64,000 nucleotides of DNA from Candidatus Omnitrophota bacterium. Lineage in GTDB: Bacteria; Omnitrophota; Gorgyraeia; Duberdicusellales; 4484-171. How positions within the stretch are numbered: the stretch's first letter is position 1; each line of letters starts with the position of its first letter. The notes beneath the pieces are model-generated. The model searched no databases. It saw nothing but the letters and a program-made list of their open reading frames with translations, and was not told where the DNA came from. Where the stretch lies: assembly GCA_018826075.1 (NCBI GenBank), contig JAHKAJ010000025.1, positions 37,608 to 101,607 on the forward strand. The letters run 5' to 3'. Below are positions 18,884-28,707 of this stretch, in pieces. A program made the position numbers and the translations under genes.

Positions 18884-18973
18884 TAGCCTGACCTTTTAAA
18901 TAAAAAACAGATGCCAGAACCCAGAGTGTGATTGTATACCCGTTGTCCCCTGCTTCCCGCCATCTGTCTTTGG

Positions 18974-20470
18974 TTATCTTACAAAACTATCTAAAGCTAC
19001 TTTTACTGAGTCTCTCTTTACGGCGTCAACCTGCTCCCGGGAGAAAACTTGTATTTTTTTTGCGCTGATAGATACATTGTCTTCGATGATCCGCGGCGTT
19101 AAAAATAAAAGTAATTCTCGGTCCTGATTATCAGCGCCCGGGCGCTCAGTATAGCTAAAAACTTTACCGATAAAAGGAATATCGCCTAAAAGAGGGATCT
19201 TACGCTTGGTCTCTTTTTCCTCCTTACGGATTAAACCTCCGATATAAAGAGTTTCGCCGTCCTTCAAACGCAGGACACTTTTAGTGCCTCTTTCTTCAAC
19301 GTTTTTCAGGGTGCTTGAGCCGGTCAAACCTTCAATACTTATACCACTGTCCGAAGATTCACGGTTAAAGACTTCGATCATCAAGGTGATTTCCTGAGTA
19401 ATAGGATTAACTTGAGGGGTAACCCTTAGTTTAGTTCCGGTTTTTTCCCGTTCGACATTCTGGGTAACCGAACCGCCGCCTTCAGCACCACGAGTGGTAG
19501 TAACACCGATGGCTTCATTGGTAGTCAAATTAACTTCTGCAGTTTCGTTAGAAACCGTAAGTATTTTCGGCCGGGCAATAAACTTGGTCGAGGTGTCTTC
19601 GGTTACAAATTGCATCACTGAAGTAAAGCTGGTTAGATCAAGAATACTTAAGACCGGCGGGGCCAATCCTCCGACGGTGGATTGGGTAACCGGGGTCCCT
19701 TTTAAAAGACTGTTGCTAAAAGGCACTCTACTTGAACGGGCGCCGGCGGCAGCGCTGGCATAAAGGCCGTTAGCAAAGTTGAAACCTAATTTATCCAGAT
19801 GAGTCTTGGAAACATCAAGCATTTCCACCTCGATCATCACCCGGGGAACCGAGATATCCAATTTACTGACCACTTCATCGATCATCGGGAACTGGACCGG
19901 AACATCTACCACAATCAAGGAATTAGTCAAAGGGTCTTCAGTAACCTTACCGACAGCACTTAAAACAGCCTGGACAGCTTTAGCAATGCCGCCGGTTTCT
20001 TTATTATCCGTACCAGTACCGCCACTTTGGCCTCCGGACTCAAGAATATCATCTATCTCTTCCTGCATCCGGCCGCTCTGGACCCGTACATATTTCAACG
20101 AATAAACCTTGCTCACTAATTCTAAGTTAGGCTTACCCATTTCTTTGACTACAAAAATGTTTGAATCGGGGTAATAGTTATAGGCCAGGTTATTGGCTTT
20201 GAATAAAACATCCATGGCTTCCCTTAAAGGAACCCCGTCCATATAAAGGGTTAGCTTTCTCTCGCGGACCGCCTCGGTAGATACAAAATTCAGCCCGGTC
20301 TGCTGGGAAAGCATTTTTAAAACATCTACCAGTTGAGCCCCTTCAAGGTCAAGAGACACGCGCTTTTCAGCGCTGCTAAGCAGGTATCCTCCATAAATAT
20401 CATCTTGGGAAAACCCGTTACCTAAAAAGATGAACGAACCGGCTAAAATCAAAATAAAAATTTTTTTCAT
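18974..20470 (-). CDS. pilQ: type IV pilus secretin PilQ
   Basis: Signal peptide and N-terminal domains, with a C-terminal secretin core (...ETLYIGGLI...IPLLGDIPFIGKVF...LLLFLTPRII). Confidence 0.8.
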   Translation of the reverse strand: MKKIFILILAGSFIFLGNGFSQDDIYGGYLLSSAEKRVSLDLEGAQLVDVLKMLSQQTGLNFVSTEAVRERKLTLYMDGVPLREAMDVLFKANNLAYNYYPDSNIFVVKEMGKPNLELVSKVYSLKYVRVQSGRMQEEIDDILESGGQSGGTGTDNKETGGIAKAVQAVLSAVGKVTEDPLTNSLIVVDVPVQFPMIDEVVSKLDISVPRVMIEVEMLDVSKTHLDKLGFNFANGLYASAAAGARSSRVPFSNSLLKGTPVTQSTVGGLAPPVLSILDLTSFTSVMQFVTEDTSTKFIARPKILTVSNETAEVNLTTNEAIGVTTTRGAEGGGSVTQNVEREKTGTKLRVTPQVNPITQEITLMIEVFNRESSDSGISIEGLTGSSTLKNVEERGTKSVLRLKDGETLYIGGLIRKEEKETKRKIPLLGDIPFIGKVFSYTERPGADNQDRELLLFLTPRIIEDNVSISAKKIQVFSREQVDAVKRDSVKVALDSFVR

Positions 20471-20481
20471 ATTTCCTCCCT

Positions 20482-20823
20482 CTATTTTTTCTTAACAGTC
20501 ATCTTATGGACCTTATCGCCTTGGACTATAAAGACTACGTTATCGGTAATTCGCAACAAAGAGGCATTCTCAATGCTTTTAAGTTTATCTCCGACTTTAT
20601 AAACATCACCGTCAATGATCGCCTGGGGTATGGCACTACCCCAAAGAACCCCCTGAATAACCACATCCAAAGGCTTTGCTGCTTCCTGAGACGCAAGCTC
20701 AGATACTTTAGCTTCCTCCTTAGGCAATAAAGATTCAAAGGGGTTGCGATAGCTCTCAGCCGAATAAAGCAAGATCGGTAAAAGTAAAAACAACAAAAGG
20801 AAAACTATCTTTACGATCTTCAT
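20482..20823 (-). CDS. PilP-like pilus assembly lipoprotein (tentative)
   Basis: Small secreted protein between pilO and pilQ with a beta-rich C-terminus. Assigned by position and size only. Confidence 0.4.
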   Translation of the reverse strand: MKIVKIVFLLLFLLLPILLYSAESYRNPFESLLPKEEAKVSELASQEAAKPLDVVIQGVLWGSAIPQAIIDGDVYKVGDKLKSIENASLLRITDNVVFIVQGDKVHKMTVKKK

Positions 20824-21299
20824 TTAACAACAACCCCCTTCAGCTCGGCATTAACCGAGAGACTATCTTGGCTGCCGCTTAATCTGGCGCTAGTCACTTC
20901 AATATTTTTTGCCGCTAAAGAATCTACGAATTTTATGAAATCGCTGTAAGTACAGGTTGCCTGAAACTGCGCTAAGGCTTCCCAATAAGCGTCCCGGTCA
21001 AACCGGGAAAGCCTTAATGAAACTAACTCAATATTAAAAAACTTGGCTTTTTCTTCAATGAATTTTTTAACCAACAGGCTGTCTTCCTTGAATAAATTAC
21101 TTTTAAGCGTGTTGGATTGGCTATTAAGGCTTTCCCACTGATGCATAACTATCTGAGCCTCTTCGATCTCTTTATCTTCCCTGGCCAGATTAGCAAGCTT
21201 GGATGAATAATGAGAGTGAAGGCTTCTTATAAGAAAAAGGCTGACCAGGACAACTCCGATTGCCAGGATAATATTTTTATAACGGGCTAATTCCTTCAT
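20820..21299 (-). CDS. PilO-like inner-membrane pilus assembly protein
   Basis: Single N-terminal TM helix, a coiled coil and a periplasmic domain. Positioned after pilMN. Confidence 0.5.
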   Translation of the reverse strand: MKELARYKNIILAIGVVLVSLFLIRSLHSHYSSKLANLAREDKEIEEAQIVMHQWESLNSQSNTLKSNLFKEDSLLVKKFIEEKAKFFNIELVSLRLSRFDRDAYWEALAQFQATCTYSDFIKFVDSLAAKNIEVTSARLSGSQDSLSVNAELKGVVVK

Positions 21300-22786
21300 T
21301 ATTTTAAATTTATTGAAAAATAAGTGACTAAAAACTCTTTTTGCGGCTGCCGCCGGGAAGATTCAATCTCGACGGTCGAAAAAAGAGCCTGCAAAGAACT
21401 GTCATTTTTAAGCTTAGTCACGAAATCGTCTAAAGTCAAGCGTTCCTTGTAATCGTCATCGCGAAAAACATAACCGCTTATCTTGGCCTGATAACCTTTG
21501 TCCTGACGGTTAAGCTGAAAATTTTCCAACCAAAGGCCATCCGGAAGGGTCCGGCGGCTGGAGAGAGAAGTAAAAACCCCCGAAAGATTATTAAACGAAT
21601 CCAAAGCGCTTTTAAGCTTGTTCAATTCTGACTCTAAATCATCAACGGCTTTTTTATGCTGGCTCCAAGGCAGGCTTTCAAGGCCCTGGGGCACAAAAAC
21701 CGCATCTCTTTTCTTTCTTAATTCGACCTCTTTTAAGGAAACTTCGTTACCCATGATCACTGCGATAAAAAGCGCGATAGCCAATCCGGCCCCCAAGATA
21801 AGCGACATAACTCCTAACCTTAAAGGCGGGATCTCGGTCACCACCTCGGCCACTTCTAACTCTTGAGAATCTTTAGTTTTTTGAAAGCGTGGCCTGAAAG
21901 CTGCCGGGTATTGATCGGCAACTGCTGCCCCGAAAGCCTTGCTGCTTTCGACGCTGGCATTATTGCGGCGGGTTATATCGAAAGGCGAAGTTGCCTCAAC
22001 AGCAACCTGCAGGCTTTCTTCCAAAACTTTAGTCAACTCTTTACTTTCGATATCGCTGACCACTACGAATTTATCTATTTTATAGGAACGAAACTCCCGC
22101 TTAAAATACTGGTAAGAAAAATCTACCGATTCAGAAAACTTGACGGTATCAAAAACATCTTCTTTTTTAGGGATAGTCAAGTAACGATTGAACACCGGCA
22201 GGTCGTTTTGGAAAAAAGTAAGGTGGGATTCTGCTTCAGTTAAGTCCAAAAGGGCAAAATCCCGCAATTTTGAAAACTTTTTTAAAGATTTAAGTGCCCG
22301 GACTAACGATAAGGAAGACGGCTCAATAGAAACTGCTCTTGCTCCCAAACGGTTTAAAATCTCCCTTACCCGCTGAAGGTTTCCTTCACGAATACCGATA
22401 AAAGAAACACTCATCTTCTTGTCTTTAGGAAAACGGGTAGTTTCGTATGCCCACTCAAGCTCGCCTATCTTAAAAGGTATATACTTTTCAACTTCATAGG
22501 CTAATGAAGATTCGATCTCTGCTTTGCGCATCAATGGCATTTCCAGGGAACGAAAGATGAAATCCCGATCAGCCAAAGAAAGACAGATATCAGCTCCGTC
22601 GGCATTAGCATCCCTTAAAGCTTTATTGATTAAAGCTTCCAAACGGACATCTTTGTCAACAATTTCGGCTTTTGCTTCACCAAGCTCAGAAATATTGAAA
22701 TTGCTCAAAGTCATGACTTCCCGGCCGGAAACTACTGCCACGCCTAAAGAACTGACTCCTAAATATAATCCAACAGTTTTAGCCAT
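21299..22786 (-). CDS. PilM-PilN fusion protein (actin-like ATPase fold + TM/coiled-coil PilN domain)
   Basis: N-terminal about 300 aa PilM-like (ASKHN fold, ...GLYLGVSSLGVAVV...). The C-terminus carries a TM helix (LGVMSLILGAGLAIALFIAVIMG) plus a coiled coil typical of PilN. Confidence 0.7.
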   Translation of the reverse strand: MAKTVGLYLGVSSLGVAVVSGREVMTLSNFNISELGEAKAEIVDKDVRLEALINKALRDANADGADICLSLADRDFIFRSLEMPLMRKAEIESSLAYEVEKYIPFKIGELEWAYETTRFPKDKKMSVSFIGIREGNLQRVREILNRLGARAVSIEPSSLSLVRALKSLKKFSKLRDFALLDLTEAESHLTFFQNDLPVFNRYLTIPKKEDVFDTVKFSESVDFSYQYFKREFRSYKIDKFVVVSDIESKELTKVLEESLQVAVEATSPFDITRRNNASVESSKAFGAAVADQYPAAFRPRFQKTKDSQELEVAEVVTEIPPLRLGVMSLILGAGLAIALFIAVIMGNEVSLKEVELRKKRDAVFVPQGLESLPWSQHKKAVDDLESELNKLKSALDSFNNLSGVFTSLSSRRTLPDGLWLENFQLNRQDKGYQAKISGYVFRDDDYKERLTLDDFVTKLKNDSSLQALFSTVEIESSRRQPQKEFLVTYFSINLK

Positions 22787-22789
22787 ATT

Positions 22790-22978
22790 TTAACCCCGAC
22801 TGCACTCCTTGATCCAACCGTCAATATACCTGCGGTCAAAACGCCAGACTTTACCGATCTTCATCCCGGTAATCTTCTTTGAATGCAGCCAATTATAGAT
22901 CGTCTGCTTCTGCAAGCCAAGATAATCGGCCAATTCATCAACACTCATCAAACGAGGGACTGTCTTTCTTTTCATCAT
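22790..22978 (-). CDS. excisionase-family helix-turn-helix DNA-binding protein
   Basis: 62 aa; MSVDELADYLGLQKQTIYNWLHSKKI...KIGKVWRF matches the Xis/AlpA-type HTH_17 pattern. It is the first gene of the pilus operon, 3 nt upstream of pilMN. Confidence 0.6.
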   Translation of the reverse strand: MMKRKTVPRLMSVDELADYLGLQKQTIYNWLHSKKITGMKIGKVWRFDRRYIDGWIKECSRG

Positions 22979-23120
22979 TTGTTATAAAATGGTTACATTT
23001 CTATTAAATTATTTTTGTTTGCTTCTGTCAAGAATAATTTCCTACAATTTAACCCTGTTTTCAACATATTGTAGTGGTTTGGCCATACCACTAGATATTG
23101 TGCTTTCCTTTTAAACCTTA

Positions 23121-23207
23121 CCACCTACGAGGTGGAATATAGGTATATTAAATTATATTAGTAAATAAAGGGGTTTTAGGGGCTGATTTATACCACCTAC
23201 GAGGTGG
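23121..23207. promoter_or_regulatory. two copies of palindrome CCACCTACGAGGTGG in the lipA / HTH-pilM intergenic region
   Basis: Exact 15-mers at 23121-23135 and 23193-23207. The second overlaps the lipA stop codon. A related extended inverted pair occurs at 49359-49411. Confidence 0.35.
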
Positions 23208-24087
23208 TACTGGTTGGAACCAAAAGATGGGCTAAATAGGAGGAACGGACATAGGGGCCACTGGCCACTGCTTTAAAACCCAGAGTTAAAGCGTAGGTTT
23301 TTAGCTCTGAAAAAACTTCTGGATGAATATAGGCTTTTAAAGGGTAGTGGCTTAAGGAAGGTGGCAAATACTGGCCTAAAGTTAAAAAATCACAATCCAC
23401 AAAACGTAAATCTTTTAAAACCCGCTTTAGCTGCTTCTTTTTTTCGCCTAAACCGAGCATTAAACCGGATTTAGTGTAAACTTTCGAGTTTATTTGCTTA
23501 ATAGCGGCTAAAACTCCCAAGGAACGCTGGTAATCAGCGCCCGGCCTTACTTGCCGGTACAGGCCGGGAACAGTTTCCAGATTATGAGCTATGGTTTCAG
23601 CTCCGGATAAAGCTACTTCCCTAAAGGAATCTTTTCGGCCTAAAAAATCAGGTATGAGAATTTCTATTCTTTTCCCGGGGCTTAAATTTAAAATTTCCCT
23701 GACCGTCTGGGAAAAATACCCGGCTCCCCCATCGATCAGGTCGTCACGGGCAGGTGAAGTGATTACCAGATAATCCAAGCTTAAAAAACTCACTGCCTGG
23801 GCTATCCGGCGGGGTTCATCGGGATCAGGGTCTTGGGGCTTGATCTTACTCAACCCGCAAAAACTACAGCTGCGAGTGCAAGTTTGGCCTAAAATTAAAA
23901 AAGTAGCCACTCCTTTAGAAAAACATTCAGAGATATTAGGGCAGCCTGATTCATGACAAACCGTATTCAGCTTAAACTTGCGCAAAGCTAATTTCAGGCT
24001 GCGGCAGGAGTTTAAAGCAAGGTTTTTTTTAAGCCAGGCTGGCCGGGACAAATTAGGGGAAAGGCGCATATTCATGACCAACATCAA
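23197..24087 (-). CDS. lipA: lipoyl synthase
   Basis: CHESGCPNISEC and the radical-SAM CTRSCSFC cluster motifs. Confidence 0.9.
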   Translation of the reverse strand: MMLVMNMRLSPNLSRPAWLKKNLALNSCRSLKLALRKFKLNTVCHESGCPNISECFSKGVATFLILGQTCTRSCSFCGLSKIKPQDPDPDEPRRIAQAVSFLSLDYLVITSPARDDLIDGGAGYFSQTVREILNLSPGKRIEILIPDFLGRKDSFREVALSGAETIAHNLETVPGLYRQVRPGADYQRSLGVLAAIKQINSKVYTKSGLMLGLGEKKKQLKRVLKDLRFVDCDFLTLGQYLPPSLSHYPLKAYIHPEVFSELKTYALTLGFKAVASGPYVRSSYLAHLLVPTSTTS

Positions 24088-24397
24088 CAGAAATAGATGT
24101 ATTATTCACCGTAACCGTAAGATTTGTCCTATCTTTAAGTACGTAAGTTGCACTGTCGGCATCCGGGCCAATACCGTCATTACGTACACCTAAAAGTTCA
24201 TTGCTAACGTTAGAGTAAATACTGGGATTAGCCCGGCTGATAAGCTGTCCTTTCTTCAAGCCATAGTTGGCAGAATTTTCTAAAACTTTACGGAGATAAT
24301 CTCTTTCTACTAAGGACTTAAAATTCGGATTAAAACCGACAAAAGCCGACAAAAGCAAAGAAACCATGATTGTGATTGAAACTATTATTGCTATCAT
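24053..24397 (-). CDS. small pilus-associated hypothetical protein (possible minor pseudopilin)
   Basis: N-terminal hydrophobic helix, 114 aa, last gene of the pilin cluster. It overlaps the lipA start by about 35 nt. Confidence 0.3.
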   Translation of the reverse strand: MIAIIVSITIMVSLLLSAFVGFNPNFKSLVERDYLRKVLENSANYGLKKGQLISRANPSIYSNVSNELLGVRNDGIGPDADSATYVLKDRTNLTVTVNNTSISVDVGHEYAPFP

Positions 24398-25020
24398 TGT
24401 ATTACATCAATAAACCAAAAACTTATCCCCTCTTCCCGGGAAACATCAAGGCTGCCTAACACCTGATTAGCGGTAATGTTGGCAGTAATAAAATTAGGTT
24501 CATCATAGATGATATTGCCTAAACTGTCCACCCCGATCTCCCTGTGTTCCAGGTGCATCGACGGACTGTACCTTCCATCGATTAAAATCTCTCGGGTGCT
24601 AGTGGTAACCGCAGGAACAACCGTATTGTCAGTAATAGTTATCTCTAAGGCTAGACTTCCGGGATTATCGGGATCATCACTCGGTAATATTTTATAAGTG
24701 TAAATCGCGTTATCATCAGTTTCATCAGGAGTTATATGATAGATATCTTTCTCGCCCTGAAAAGTAAAAAAAGTCGTATCGCTGATAGTTATATTTCCTC
24801 CGCTGGCGGTAATCGGCGTGATTATTTCAATAGCCCCGACACAACGTATCCGCATATCATCAAGGCTGTAATTTATCTGGCTCCAGGCATTATAGCGTTC
24901 AGTGCTGATATTTACCTGTCGGATAAAAAATATCGAAAAAGCGACTAAAGCCAAAATTATAAAGCCGATCAAACCGGAAACTACAATGATCTCTATTAAA
25001 GTAAAGGCCTTTTTCTTCAT
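24394..25020 (-). CDS. minor pilin / pseudopilin
   Basis: KAFTLIEIIVVSGLIGFIILA is a prepilin-type N-terminus. Confidence 0.65.
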   Translation of the reverse strand: MKKKAFTLIEIIVVSGLIGFIILALVAFSIFFIRQVNISTERYNAWSQINYSLDDMRIRCVGAIEIITPITASGGNITISDTTFFTFQGEKDIYHITPDETDDNAIYTYKILPSDDPDNPGSLALEITITDNTVVPAVTTSTREILIDGRYSPSMHLEHREIGVDSLGNIIYDEPNFITANITANQVLGSLDVSREEGISFWFIDVIQ

Positions 25021-25033
25021 AACTTATTTTTAG

Positions 25034-25855
25034 CTAATTCTGAGTCTCAAATGCCAGCATCATCAGATTAGCCCGAGTAATACTTATAACGCCGGAAGTT
25101 GTATCTTTATACCAGCGGACTTGGAGAGTGTGAGCACCAGCGGCTACGTTAGGAATAACCGTATTGTTACTAATCAAAGGCTGCGAAAGAATCGGTGTAC
25201 CGGTTTTCTGTCCTTGCTGAGCACCGTCTAAAAAACATTTAGTAACTATATTCTCGGTACCGGCAAGGCCAGCGGGATTAGTAATATTAACAGCGATATT
25301 ATAAAAAACATTCAAATCCTTTACTACCGGATAATTAAAAGTAATAGTCAGGTCGCCTACCAACTGGAAACTGCTAGGTGGTACTGTGCAGGAAGAAGTA
25401 GCACAGCTACTGTCCATTACCCTTCTTTCAAGATGGACAAAAGGATAAGGTATTAGATTGCGCAGGGTAAGTTTTTTCCATTTATTGGCGATATTTCCGG
25501 AAGCGCCTTCATCGGGATAGGTAACAGTCACATCGATCTGCTTATAAGGTATGTTCTTGGAAGTACCTGCCCAGAAAAGTTCCTGGACTTCAGTTTCCCA
25601 ATGAAAAATATCCTCATTACCCTGTTCAATGCCTAAAAGGACATTCTCATAGGAATGGGCCAGGAGGCTTTCTTTATGGGCCAGGGCAATACTGGTTGCC
25701 CTGGCCTCATTTCTTGATCTTCTCAACAGATAATTGCCGGAACTCAACACCGCAGAAACTGCCCCGGCTCCTATGGCTATCAAAACAATAGCCACCAAAA
25801 GCTCAATAAGGGTGATACCCTTACGCTGATAATCTTTATGCCTCATGCTGTACAT
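25034..25855 (-). CDS. minor pilin / pseudopilin (large)
   Basis: GITLIELLVAIVLIAIGAGAVSAV is a prepilin-type N-terminus. 273 aa. Confidence 0.65.
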   Translation of the reverse strand: MYSMRHKDYQRKGITLIELLVAIVLIAIGAGAVSAVLSSGNYLLRRSRNEARATSIALAHKESLLAHSYENVLLGIEQGNEDIFHWETEVQELFWAGTSKNIPYKQIDVTVTYPDEGASGNIANKWKKLTLRNLIPYPFVHLERRVMDSSCATSSCTVPPSSFQLVGDLTITFNYPVVKDLNVFYNIAVNITNPAGLAGTENIVTKCFLDGAQQGQKTGTPILSQPLISNNTVIPNVAAGAHTLQVRWYKDTTSGVISITRANLMMLAFETQN

Positions 25856-25891
25856 CTACACTTGCTAATCTTTACCTAACTCTCAGCCTTC

Positions 25892-26683
25892 TTAAAGCGT
25901 CGGTATAATCGTAATAATCAAGTTGCGATCATAAGCTGTCAAATCCATAGCAGTATCATTATACCACTTGACTTCGACATTTAACTCCTCAGGAAACTCA
26001 CCATTAAACATATCCGGCGTAAGGACTACACTGCCGGTGATGTTGGGGTCAACCGCTTTAAAACCAGTAACTGCTTCTCCGGCACTGGGAACAGTCATGG
26101 TTGCCAGAGAACCTCTTGCTACACCCTCAACAAACAGCCGGGTATAAGCATTGCCTTCCGGAAAACGCTGGTAAGATTTACCTGTCCAGCCCGGGCAATA
26201 CCAAGGGTCATGTTTTCTCCATAATTCCTCAGGGTGAACACTGCCTTCAATCCTTACAGTCCAGTTAATTGTGATCTTGGCTGTTTTTTTGTACTGGCTA
26301 AGGCCTAAAATTTCAAAATTAATGGCAGTAGATAAACCGCTCATCGAAACATACTCTCCGTCACCAGGGATACGGGTAAACACTTCATTGCCCGACGCAT
26401 CAAGGTCTACATAATAGCCGAAATAGCCAGCATCAGGCGTCCCGAGCGGCGCGCGTCTGCGTAAGCTATAATGATCATCGACATATCGGCCGCAAGCAGC
26501 ATTCCCGGGTTCCCAGGAATAAAAATCTGGGTAGCGGGTGGCCGCACAACTGGTCGAGTTCTGCGGAGCAACCGGAAGCAGCAAAGGAGCTACAGCACTC
26601 TGGGCGCTGCTATCGCCAGTTTCAGCATAGACACAAGGCAGAATCAAAAGCCCTAACAACAAGCCAATCAACACACTCTTCAT
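25892..26683 (-). CDS. secreted hypothetical protein in pilin cluster
   Basis: Signal peptide (LLILPCVYA-ET). Local GC looks higher than in surrounding genes. Confidence 0.4.
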   Translation of the reverse strand: MKSVLIGLLLGLLILPCVYAETGDSSAQSAVAPLLLPVAPQNSTSCAATRYPDFYSWEPGNAACGRYVDDHYSLRRRAPLGTPDAGYFGYYVDLDASGNEVFTRIPGDGEYVSMSGLSTAINFEILGLSQYKKTAKITINWTVRIEGSVHPEELWRKHDPWYCPGWTGKSYQRFPEGNAYTRLFVEGVARGSLATMTVPSAGEAVTGFKAVDPNITGSVVLTPDMFNGEFPEELNVEVKWYNDTAMDLTAYDRNLIITIIPTL

Positions 26684-26719
26684 TCTACACCTCCTTTTAT
26701 CGCCTAAAATAAGCTTTAC

Positions 26720-28291
26720 CTACTCTCTAACCATAACCGCAGTCAATAACATGGATTTCACAGTCACCTCCAGATCCGCGCCATTGACTTCGGGTATATA
26801 ATAATGAATTCTTGCGCTATACTTTTTGCCCTGATGAAGCACTCCTAACCCTGTCATTGGATCGAAGGCTTCTATGGCTGCGGCATTGAAGATAGAGAAA
26901 TCTGCGGTAAGGCTCTTTTGATGGATAATGCTTTCAAAAACCGGATCAGCCAGCCCCTCTTGGTAGATTTTTATCATCGTAAAAAAATAGACGTCATTGA
27001 TTGCTGGAAAATTTTTGATATTGCTAATAGTATCCAGCTGCCATTCTATGATCATTGACTGGCCGCTGCGGGCCACAAAGTCAAGCCGGAAACCCGGATG
27101 GGGATTTAAAGGGTCGATAATGGGCGGGTCGATTTCATGAAAACACTGGGCACAACCACCAATACTCTTATCATAAACACAATCCTGGATAGTTTGTTCT
27201 ATCTGCAAACAATCATCGGCAATAATTGTATTGCAAGTTTTGGCAGTGACAGCATCGGCTAAAACCACCGGATCATTCCAATGGGTAAAAAGCTTAATAC
27301 AAGCGCCTCCTTCATCTCCCGGTATCAAAGGATTAGGCTGGGCATAGTCGCAGTCTGCGATCGTTCCAGTTGGTCCAGTTCCACAAGATTCGTGCTTGCA
27401 ACAATATTCGTGTTTACTACAAATTTCAGCAGTATCGGTGTAGGTGCGGCAAGCGTTAATATAGCTACCGTAAACAGGATCAATATCATACTTATAGCAA
27501 GGTGTTGTATTGCTTACCCCTAAAGCAGAATCCTCAGGACAAGGCGTGAGAGCCGGGCCTAAATCATAATAAATATCCTGGGAAGCAGTACTGGGAGTAT
27601 AGTTAGTTAAAACCGGCGTCCCCATAGAGTCAGGGATATCGATCTCAGGCCTGCATCCTCTAACAGTGATATTATCAACCGGCATAAGGTCATTCTCAAG
27701 ACAATACCAGCCGCTGCCGCCTAAAGAATCCGGCACACAATCAGGACTTTGAGGAGTTAAATCCGGGGTAGCATCCGGACAACCTTTTCTTTGACAAGAT
27801 GGTATATTATTAATTTGCCCGGGGTTACAGTTTGTCGATAATGGATCATGAACGCAGACGTCGTCAGGATCTGTAAGACTTGGGCTACAACAATCAACCT
27901 CATTGCAAGTACCACTACTAAAAGCATATTGACCACAATTAAACCCCGCACACTGTGCCTGCGGTGAACCGCTGGTCATATCTACACAACAAGCAGGACA
28001 TTTTGTGTTATATCCGAGACAGTTCTCGCAATCGATTAAACTATTGAATAAGAGGGCATTGGCGATAGGACATACAACTTCGTCCAATACTTTAGGATAA
28101 CCAGCCAGGGGATCGTCCGGATCATTAGTGGTAATACTGGCTATCTTCTCATTAGCCGGAAAGTATTTAAGGTAGGGATTTGGCTCCTCGGCAAAAGCTA
28201 GAAAACCCACCAAAAGAATACAGATTATCAATACTGCTTCCGGCAGTTCTGACTTTCGGTTTTTATTTCTTAGAAAAGACTTTTTTACCAT
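26720..28291 (-). CDS. large cysteine-rich secreted protein (putative pilus-associated adhesin)
   Basis: Likely start MVKKSF... followed by a signal/TM segment. The 520-aa body contains several dozen Cys in CxxC/CC/CxC spacings. It sits between the major pilin and the minor pilins. Confidence 0.5.
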   Translation of the reverse strand: MVKKSFLRNKNRKSELPEAVLIICILLVGFLAFAEEPNPYLKYFPANEKIASITTNDPDDPLAGYPKVLDEVVCPIANALLFNSLIDCENCLGYNTKCPACCVDMTSGSPQAQCAGFNCGQYAFSSGTCNEVDCCSPSLTDPDDVCVHDPLSTNCNPGQINNIPSCQRKGCPDATPDLTPQSPDCVPDSLGGSGWYCLENDLMPVDNITVRGCRPEIDIPDSMGTPVLTNYTPSTASQDIYYDLGPALTPCPEDSALGVSNTTPCYKYDIDPVYGSYINACRTYTDTAEICSKHEYCCKHESCGTGPTGTIADCDYAQPNPLIPGDEGGACIKLFTHWNDPVVLADAVTAKTCNTIIADDCLQIEQTIQDCVYDKSIGGCAQCFHEIDPPIIDPLNPHPGFRLDFVARSGQSMIIEWQLDTISNIKNFPAINDVYFFTMIKIYQEGLADPVFESIIHQKSLTADFSIFNAAAIEAFDPMTGLGVLHQGKKYSARIHYYIPEVNGADLEVTVKSMLLTAVMVRE

Positions 28292-28707
28292 ACTTCGCAC
28301 TCCTTGTTCACCTGGCTTCCTTTCTCGATAACACTCATATTCATTCCGCCGCAAATCCCCTCGCCTCTACGGGTTGCCGTGGCATTAAAACTGCTGCTGG
28401 TATTGGTAATCGAGTAATTAAAATATGAATCGCTGATGTACACTCCTAAGTTACTTTGATTCTCAAGTTCGTCGGCTGTGCAGACAGCTGCTGCACAAGC
28501 ATAGTAATGATTATGGTCGAGTTTATAACGCTTCTGGGAATTATAAATACTGATAAGGGTGTATTCAGCATTTTTGGCTTTGCTTTTTTCGATCGAACTC
28601 TGATAAGAAGGAATAGCCAGAGAAAAAAAGATCCCGATAATGATCAAAGCTACTAAAAGCTCGACCAAAGTAAAAGCTGCCGGTTTATTTTTATTATGCC
28701 CCCCCAT
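28285..28707 (-). CDS. type IV pilin (first gene of second pilin cluster)
   Basis: MGGHNKNKPAAFTLVELLVALIIIGIFF is a prepilin leader plus hydrophobic helix. A sigma70-like TTGAAT-N17-TATAAA lies just upstream. Confidence 0.7.
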   Translation of the reverse strand: MGGHNKNKPAAFTLVELLVALIIIGIFFSLAIPSYQSSIEKSKAKNAEYTLISIYNSQKRYKLDHNHYYACAAAVCTADELENQSNLGVYISDSYFNYSITNTSSSFNATATRRGEGICGGMNMSVIEKGSQVNKECEVW

